NCBI GenBank assembly: GCA_035267045.1
Contig: DATFMH010000146.1
Coordinates: forward strand, 6,157 to 70,156
DNA from: Balneolales bacterium
GTDB taxonomy: Bacteria > Bacteroidota > Rhodothermia > Balneolales > DATFMH01
DNA: 64,000 nucleotides
Direction of reading: 5' to 3'
Made by a program: the position numbers and the translations under genes. Position 1 is the stretch's first letter. The number at the start of each line of letters is the position of its first letter. Under the pieces are notes generated by a model. The model searched no databases, had not been told where the DNA came from, and worked only from the letters and a program-made list of their open reading frames with translations. Below, one piece after another: positions 57,101 to 64,000 of the stretch.

Positions 57101-57171
57101 ATTAAGGCATAAATAAATACAAGAGCTGCGAATAATCTGTTTAATGTTTTATGGTCTGTACGTAACTGCAT
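54151..57171 (-). CDS. DUF2723 family membrane protein (TMEM260-like putative glycosyl/mannosyltransferase), paralog B
   Basis: 1006 aa. [31 protein letters not shown] N-terminal motif, more than 10 TM segments, large C-terminal soluble domain. Confidence 0.75.
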   Translation of the reverse strand: [1006 protein letters not shown]

Positions 57172-57256
57172 TCAATTAATACTAATTGTAGTTAATAGAC
57201 ATCTGTCGCGATTTTTCATTTACACAATAAGTTGTAACACCAACGCATCAAATCGC

Positions 57257-60200
57257 CTAATTAATATACATGCGTTCAACAAGTTTTTTATTTTCTTGTT
57301 CAGTCTTAGGAAATCCGATTCTATTTTGAGTGATTTGATCACCTGTCATCGTGATTTCCTTGGCCTTATTTTCATTACCGGCTATATAATATATTCGTTG
57401 TAATACGAATAATCGACTGGCGGAAAAGTATACGTCACGTATATAATTTTGACGGACTTGTGCCAGGTTATTAGCTTCGGCCGAATATTTCCTGCTTTCA
57501 TCAAGATCCGCATTCATTCGTGCCTGTCTGCTTTTTTCTTTCAAATTAGAGATCCTGTTTTCAAGATTATCCAATTGATCCATTGAATACTGAAGGTCAC
57601 TTTTAAGATCATCATATGATTGTTGACCTAAACGTACGGCATCTGTAGTATCACCTGCAAGTGCATATTTGAATGCATATCGTATTTGTGAACTTGGATC
57701 CCCTTTAACAGTCGTGAAAGGAACACGTTCCTCACCCCATTTAAGCCAGTGTACGGCGCTATCAGGTTTATTTGCAGAATGATAGGCCATCGCTTCGCTT
57801 GATATTAATTCCCGGTAATTATCCACCATTCTTCGGATATTTTCATCGAGATATGTTTTAGGATTATTGATGCCCCGGAATTTGAATTTGCGAAGCCGGT
57901 TTCCGTGAATCCTTGTATCCACATAAGGAGAATGAGACTTATTCTTTTTGGGAACAACACGATAAGCCTGTCCTTCTAATCGAAAATACGACTGTAAATT
58001 CAATTGACCATCATGAGCAACCGTAACCGCAAAATAAACAGGGCGTGCCCATTTATTTGTCTTCAGGATATTCAGAATTAAATCATCTTGTACACGCGTA
58101 TAGTACAATTTGTTTCCGCCCTGATCCCTGCCAAGCAGATTACCCTGATAATGCCAGGTAACAGAATTGTCGAGTGAATCAACCGGTATGCTGTATTCCA
58201 ATTGACGAGAATGAAGAACATACGAAGTATCACTCAGAATACCTATATGGCCTTCTTTTGCAAATTTCTCTGAGTTACCTGCATCCGAAAAACGATTTTT
58301 TAGATACTGCTTATCAACAGGAATCGTAATGTCTTGCGGCGTATAGAAATCCGATTGTTGGTTAAACTGAAATTTATCATCAATATGATCAATTTGCTTA
58401 TCAGTCATTGATATAGGTAACGGGGGTGACTGATGCGACCACTGATGTTTAAGCTGCTTGATATACCATTTTGTATTAAGCAAACTCAGGCAAACAACCC
58501 GAACGTCAGTTCTTACATGTTCTACTTCCTGCAGGTACCATAGTGGAAATGTATCATTATCACCATTAGTGAAGAGAATAGAATAAGGAGCACATGAGTT
58601 AAGTAAATTGTAGGCATAATCAGGGGCCACATAACGGTTACTACGATCATGATCATGATAATTCTCACGAAGCATGTTCAAAGGAACAGCAATAAATAAA
58701 AGTCCGGCTAAACCATAAGCAACCCATTTGTTATCACTTAACATATCCTTTGCGAGTTCAATCAATCCGGTAGCTCCAAGCCCAATCCAGATAGAAAATG
58801 CAAAGAAAGAGCCTACAAAGGCATAATCTCTTTCACGAGGCTGGAATGGATATTGATTCAAAAACACCACGATGGCAAGACCTGTCATTATAAACAGAGC
58901 CAAAACACTCAGAGCTCGCTTCCAATCTCTTTGGAAGTGAAATATCATACCAAACAAACCAATAATAAATGGGAGAAAAAAGTAAACATTGTGGGCCGGA
59001 TTGTTTTTATACCGGCTATTCGATTCAAAACCTGTTGCAATACCCGTATCCTGAATGTCACTTTGCCTACCTATAAACTGCCATGCAAAATAACGCAGAT
59101 ACATATGTCCGACCTGGTAATCCCAGAAATAGCTCCAATCACTCGAGTATTGTGCATATTTATGTAAATGATTGGGTTCTCCGGAATATCTTCTTGGAAA
59201 AAGGACCTTCTTATCATGGTCAATCCGTCCGGTGCTATTATTATAATTATATCCCGTAAAGAGAGGCGTTTGTCCGTATTGATCCCGATTGATATAACTG
59301 ACAAAAGACTGAACGGTTTGAGGGTCGTTTTCATCGATAGGAGGATCCTGTTGTGAACGAATCATTACGAGAGCATAACTCGAATAGCCAATGATTATCA
59401 TGGCATAACACATAAAAGCGATATTGGCAATTCTCAGCTTCTTTTTATGTGTGTAGTAGATGGCTGCTATAATTAAAGCCAGAAAAAGTAACAGGAAAAA
59501 GCTTGGTGCAATGAGCCCGTATGTAGCACTTTCAACAGTGCCTGCCCAACTGGGTATATCAGCAACGGTAATTGGATAAATAAGAAGAAAAGAAGCACTG
59601 GCGATCAGGGCGGCAACTAAAAATGATATTATATTAAATTCGTATTTCTTGAAGTAAATGATGAGTGCCACGAAAAATATTGCCAACAGATTTAATAAAT
59701 GCACTCCGACAGCTAATCCAAACATATATGCTATCAGAATCAACCAACGTTCGTTATTTGGTTCCTCGTGGTGTTCAGCCCATTTAAGAACTAACCATAC
59801 AACAATTGCAGTAAAAAGCATCGATGTGGCATAAACTTCTGCTTCGACCGCATTAAACCAGAATGAATCGGTCACAGCAAAAGCCAAAGCTCCGATAACA
59901 GCTCCTGAATACAGACTTATTTTATCAAGTAATGAATAATTATCCGGATTGCCCTTCCATTCGGTAATCAAACGGATAATTATCAGATACAGCAACATAA
60001 TGGTCAATGCCGAAGCAAGACCACTCATGAGATTAATGCTGTACGCCACTTTTGTGGCAGGCATAAACATGGAAAACAGACGTCCCAATAATAAGAATAG
60101 GGGAGATCCCGGCGGGTGTGTCACCTCCAAACCGTGTGCCACAGCGATAAATTCACCCGGATCCCAGAAACTGGCTGTCGGAGATAACGTGGACAGGTAA

Positions 60201-60268
60201 ATGATGAATGCATATAAAAATACGAAAACAGCTAACAGCCTGTTTAAGGTCTTATGGTCTTTGTTCAT
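57257..60268 (-). CDS. DUF2723 family membrane protein (TMEM260-like putative glycosyl/mannosyltransferase), paralog A
   Basis: 1003 aa, collinear with paralog B over its full length. [31 protein letters not shown]. Confidence 0.75.
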   Translation of the reverse strand: [1003 protein letters not shown]

Positions 60269-60673
60269 CTGAATTCAGTTGGTTAAAACTATGGGCTTTA
60301 TATATTAAAATTGATAAAAAATATTGTTAATCAGCCAATGATAGGAACAGTTATTTGTATTCGCAAAATATTCGATTAAATGAGTGGAATATTTTGATAA
60401 AATAATGTACAACTTGTTATTCCATTAAGATATCGCTTAATTATTCGTGATTCCTAAGCCCGTATTATGTTACCTAATATAATAGCACTTTGGTAAAAAA
60501 GTATTATTCAAATTGATAATAATACTACTATTGATAAATCTAATTTTGTAGATATGTAGCTGTCGGTATTTTTTTAGTTTTATAATTTTGAATTCTTTAA
60601 CGTGCAACTGGTTTAGGAACGGCTAAATCAATTATGATCACTATTATTGTCAATAAGCAGGGGATTGAATCTT

Positions 60674-62185
60674 ATGAGTCAAAATGATCAAAAAGTAGAA
60701 AGCTTTTCCTCAAGATGGGGATTAATTGTCAGTGTGTTAGGTATAGCTGTCGGTACGGGAAATATCTGGCGTTTTCCAAGGATTGCCGCACAGGCGGGCG
60801 GACCTGATGGTGCCGGTGCATTTTTGGTTGCCTGGGTTGTCTTTCTTTTCATCTGGTCGATCCCGCTTATAATAGCTGAATATGCTCTCGGTAGAAATGG
60901 ACGCAAAGGTACCATAGGATCATTTGTTGAATTGGCAGGTGAAAAATTTGCATGGATGGGCACATTTGTAGGTTTTGTCGCCACCGCTATCATGTTTTAT
61001 TACAGTGTCGTAACCGGGTGGTGTATTTATTATTTTTTCATATCGGCTTCCCAGCCATTACCGGCTAATATTCACCAGGCAACAGTAATATGGAATGGAT
61101 TTCAGAACTCCTCCTGGCCGGTGATTTGTCTTGCTATATCCACGATAACAGGGGGACTCATTGTAGCTAAAGGTATCTCATCGATTGAAAAAGTAAATAA
61201 AGTGTTAATTCCTCTGTTAGTGTTAATTCTTGTTATATCTCTAATTAAAGCACTGACATTGGCCAATAGCACAAAAGGGATTGATTATTTATTCACGCCT
61301 GACTGGTCGATGTTGAGTAAGCCGAAAATATGGCTGGAGGCGTTGACGCAAAATGCATGGGATACCGGTGCCGGTTGGGGGCTGATTATGACATATGCCG
61401 CTTATATGAAGAAAAAAGAAGCGGTGACCATCAGTTCATTTCAGACAGGTATCGGGAATAACCTCGTATCATTGACGGCTGCCATTATCATCTTTTCTAC
61501 CGTTTTTGGTACCTTGAGTTCAACGATGAGTGACCCTCAAATCCTGCAAATCATGAAGACATCCGGACCAGCATCTACCGGTTTGACCTTCATGTGGCTG
61601 CCGCAATTATTCCTGAAAATGCCGGCCGGACGTATTTTTGCAACCCTGTTTTTCCTTGCTCTTACGTTTGCAGCTTTCAGTTCACTGATATCTATGATTG
61701 AATTGGCCGCAAGAAATTTGGTGGATATGGGTATTAAAAGAATTAAGGCCACAGTCATTATTTGTGTTGTCGGTTTTTTCCTCGGATTACCTTCGGCTCT
61801 GGACCTTAAGATTTTTGAAAATCAGGATTTTGTCTGGGGTATAGGGCTGATGATATCAGGTGCGTTCATCGCTTATATCATTATCAGACATAATGTATTT
61901 GAGTTCCGCAATAATCTAATCAATACCAGTCCGAAAGACTGGGTGCTGGGTAAATGGTGGGATATCATCATTAAATATATTGTTCCCATAGAGGTAGTTG
62001 TGTTATTAACATGGTGGATTTATCAGAGTGCCGCTGTCTTTGCACCCCATACCTGGTATAATCCATTCGATACTTATTCGGTCGCTACTTGTTTCGTTCA
62101 ATGGTTTATCGCCATTATTATATTTTACGTATTCAACAAAAAACTGGCGGATTTAACCAGTTACGATTGGTCGTCAAGTAATTGA
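60674..62185 (+). CDS. sodium-dependent transporter, neurotransmitter:sodium symporter (SNF) family
   Basis: RWGLIVSVLGIAVGTGNIWRFP motif and about 12 TM segments. I prefer the ATG at 60674 to the track TTG at 60647. Confidence 0.8.
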   Translation: MSQNDQKVESFSSRWGLIVSVLGIAVGTGNIWRFPRIAAQAGGPDGAGAFLVAWVVFLFIWSIPLIIAEYALGRNGRKGTIGSFVELAGEKFAWMGTFVGFVATAIMFYYSVVTGWCIYYFFISASQPLPANIHQATVIWNGFQNSSWPVICLAISTITGGLIVAKGISSIEKVNKVLIPLLVLILVISLIKALTLANSTKGIDYLFTPDWSMLSKPKIWLEALTQNAWDTGAGWGLIMTYAAYMKKKEAVTISSFQTGIGNNLVSLTAAIIIFSTVFGTLSSTMSDPQILQIMKTSGPASTGLTFMWLPQLFLKMPAGRIFATLFFLALTFAAFSSLISMIELAARNLVDMGIKRIKATVIICVVGFFLGLPSALDLKIFENQDFVWGIGLMISGAFIAYIIIRHNVFEFRNNLINTSPKDWVLGKWWDIIIKYIVPIEVVVLLTWWIYQSAAVFAPHTWYNPFDTYSVATCFVQWFIAIIIFYVFNKKLADLTSYDWSSSN

Positions 62186-62217
62186 TTTTGGGAAACTTAA
62201 TTTTAAATGATGAATAC

Positions 62218-62258
62218 AGCGGTCAGAAGGTTATAACCATCTGACCGCTTTCCGTTTA
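62218..62258 (+). terminator. rho-independent terminator after the SNF transporter gene
   Basis: AGCGGTCAGA-12 nt-TCTGACCGCT followed by TTCCGTTT. Confidence 0.6.
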
Positions 62259-62461
62259 ATTACCTTAATGAAACACATTCTGCTAATCACTTATTCCCGT
62301 AAATCCTGATGGTAACTCATTACACGGACATTCTTCGAAATATGACAATTGGTGAAATATGAAGTGATTACTGCCTCTAAACAGACCGATAATTGTAGTT
62401 ATGTTGGCGAGACTTTTTTATTTTGAGATGCTTTTATCCTATTAACCTAATATTACTTTCG

Positions 62462-64000
62462 ATGATCAATCTTTTGATATTATTAATGCTCAATTTCCCA
62501 TTGGGATCACACCTCCATGAAAAATCCATACACAACAAGCCTAATCAGTGGGTTACACCTTTTGAGGCCAGCAATGGACTGGAATCGGCAACTTATCAAC
62601 AGGCCATCGATTATTATAACAGGCTTTCAAAAGCATTTAATGAAATTCACATTTACTCCTATGGTAAAACGGATATCGGGAAACCATTGCATCTGGTTAT
62701 AATATCAAAAGATCAGGATTTTGATCCGGAATCCATCAAAAAGTCGAATAAGCGGGTTTTATTTATCAACAATGGAATCCACCCCGGAGAACCTTGCGGA
62801 ATTGACGCTTCTATGATGCTGGCACGTGACCTTATGATGAAACCTGCATTACATAAACTGTTGGATCATGTTGTTGTTGCCATTATTCCCGTTTATAATA
62901 TTGGGGGAGCCTTAAACAGAAGCTGCTGCAGCCGGGCCAATCAAATCGGTCCTAAACGATATGGGTTTCGGGGAAATGCGAGAAATTATGATCTTGACCG
63001 CGATTTTGTAAAGGAAAATACACTCAATGCTCAAAGTTTTGCTGAATTATTTCATATGTGGAATCCCGATGTTTTGGTTGATACGCATACTTCAGACGGA
63101 GCGGATTATCAATATCCGATGACGTTGATAGCTACCCAGAAAGACAAGTTACAGCCGATGGTGAGTAAATATCTGGAGAAAGTCATGAAGCCTGATTTGT
63201 ATAAAATGATGGATCATACAAAATATATCATGACGCCGTATGTCGAATCCTATAAAACCACACCCGATTCCGGCATTGTTTCATTTCTCGATACTCCAAT
63301 CTATTCAAGTGGATACGCAGCGATGTTCAACACGATCAGTTTCATTTCAGAAGCTCATATGCTTCATCCCTTTAAAGATCGGGTTTGGGGGACTTACACC
63401 GAATTAAAATCGCTCTTATCAATTACTAACAGGGATTATAAGGAAATAGGTAAAATAAGGGCAGAAGCTGACAGCGCGGTTGCGCATCAGCAAAATTTTG
63501 CCACCAACTGGTCATTGGATACTACGAAATATAAGAGGATAACCTTTAAAGGATACCGGGCCGGATATAAGAATAGCAAAGTTACCGGTCAGCAGCGTTT
63601 ATATTATGATGAAAGCAAGCCCTATACTAAGAAGATAAAGTATTACAATACTTATAAAGCTACAGAGATGGTACAAAAGCCCGTTGCTTATTTAATTCCT
63701 CAGGGCTGGCGCAGAGTTATAAAAAGACTGGCATTGAATAGAGTTAAAATGCAGCGTTTGTCCAGGGATACCAGCATCAGGGTTCAGATGTATTACATTG
63801 ACGATTATAAAACTATGAAGCGGGCTTATGAAGCGCATTATGTACATCATGATACAAAGTTAAGACGTGATACGGTCAATTATCAGTATTACAAAGGGGA
63901 TTATGTCGTTTATACCAATCAGAAGGACAACCGCTATATAATAGAAACACTTGAACCCAAATCCATCGTATCATTTTTCAACTGGAATTTTTTCGATTCC
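62462..64000 (+). CDS. M14 family zinc carboxypeptidase, secreted; C-terminal end beyond the window
   Basis: Frame open from 62399 to the window end, so it is not in the track (no stop). From the ATG at 62462: MINLLILLMLNFPLGSHLHEKSIHNKPNQWVTPFEASNGLESATYQQAIDYYNRLSKAFNEIHIYSYGKTDIGKPLHLVIISKDQDF... then NNGIHPGEPCG (HxxE), NARNYDLDRDF and VDTHTSDGADY. Start choice (62462 or 62486) is uncertain. Confidence 0.7.
   Translation, partial: MINLLILLMLNFPLGSHLHEKSIHNKPNQWVTPFEASNGLESATYQQAIDYYNRLSKAFNEIHIYSYGKTDIGKPLHLVIISKDQDFDPESIKKSNKRVLFINNGIHPGEPCGIDASMMLARDLMMKPALHKLLDHVVVAIIPVYNIGGALNRSCCSRANQIGPKRYGFRGNARNYDLDRDFVKENTLNAQSFAELFHMWNPDVLVDTHTSDGADYQYPMTLIATQKDKLQPMVSKYLEKVMKPDLYKMMDHTKYIMTPYVESYKTTPDSGIVSFLDTPIYSSGYAAMFNTISFISEAHMLHPFKDRVWGTYTELKSLLSITNRDYKEIGKIRAEADSAVAHQQNFATNWSLDTTKYKRITFKGYRAGYKNSKVTGQQRLYYDESKPYTKKIKYYNTYKATEMVQKPVAYLIPQGWRRVIKRLALNRVKMQRLSRDTSIRVQMYYIDDYKTMKRAYEAHYVHHDTKLRRDTVNYQYYKGDYVVYTNQKDNRYIIETLEPKSIVSFFNWNFFDS

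Noticed and set aside
62517-62702. 61-aa track ORF at the start of the M14 peptidase region
   Set aside because: It is out of frame with the much longer open frame (62462 to the window end) that carries the M14 HxxE and downstream motifs. That longer frame is missing from the track only because it has no stop in the window.
1-64000. Search for tRNA, rRNA, tmRNA, RNase P RNA, CRISPR arrays, IS elements, integrases and prophage genes
   Set aside because: I could not find any T-loop/acceptor-like GGTTCGAATCC-type sequence, regularly spaced direct repeats, or transposase/integrase-like ORFs. A visual scan cannot exclude small ncRNAs.

Overview
AT-rich, densely coding chromosomal segment. By gene content it is probably from an FCB-group bacterium (Bacteroidota, Balneolota or Ignavibacteriota-like): GWxTD protein, ~1000-aa DUF2723 proteins, BNR/sortilin-like protein, fused E1 alpha/beta dehydrogenase. 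All calls come from reading the supplied ORF translations and the DNA by eye; no searches were run.

Most of the window is housekeeping:
- partial dacB, then the pdxA-methyltransferase-ftsE operon
- the conserved translation/RNA block rimP-nusA-infB-rbfA-truB-ribF-rpsO-pnp-M16 peptidase-asnS-holA
- prfB (classic +1 frameshift)-nadB-coaE, and fbp
- a speH-pdaD-speE polyamine cluster
- an Omp85-family protein, an SNF-family transporter and an M14 peptidase

Accessory-looking parts:
- a TsdA-like diheme cytochrome c next to a secreted DsrE-like protein
- a Fur-family/MerC-like operon with two palindromic operators
- a DUF1446 (AtuA-like) gene plus an FAD oxidoreductase
- a heterodimeric ABC exporter split by an unusual RNase Z
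- a btaA-btaB-like betaine-lipid (DGTS) pair
- tandem DUF2723 paralogs
- a ybeY-smg operon that continues into a miniature type IA topoisomerase-like protein

I found no tRNA, rRNA, CRISPR array, transposase, integrase or recognisable defence system, and no compelling self-contained novel system. The best candidates for follow-up are the 475-aa Smg-linked mini topoisomerase IA-like gene, the HxDxDH RNase Z with a basic tail inside the ABC exporter pair, the Fur/MerC module with its 8-1-8 palindromes, the btaAB-like operon and the DUF2723 duplication.
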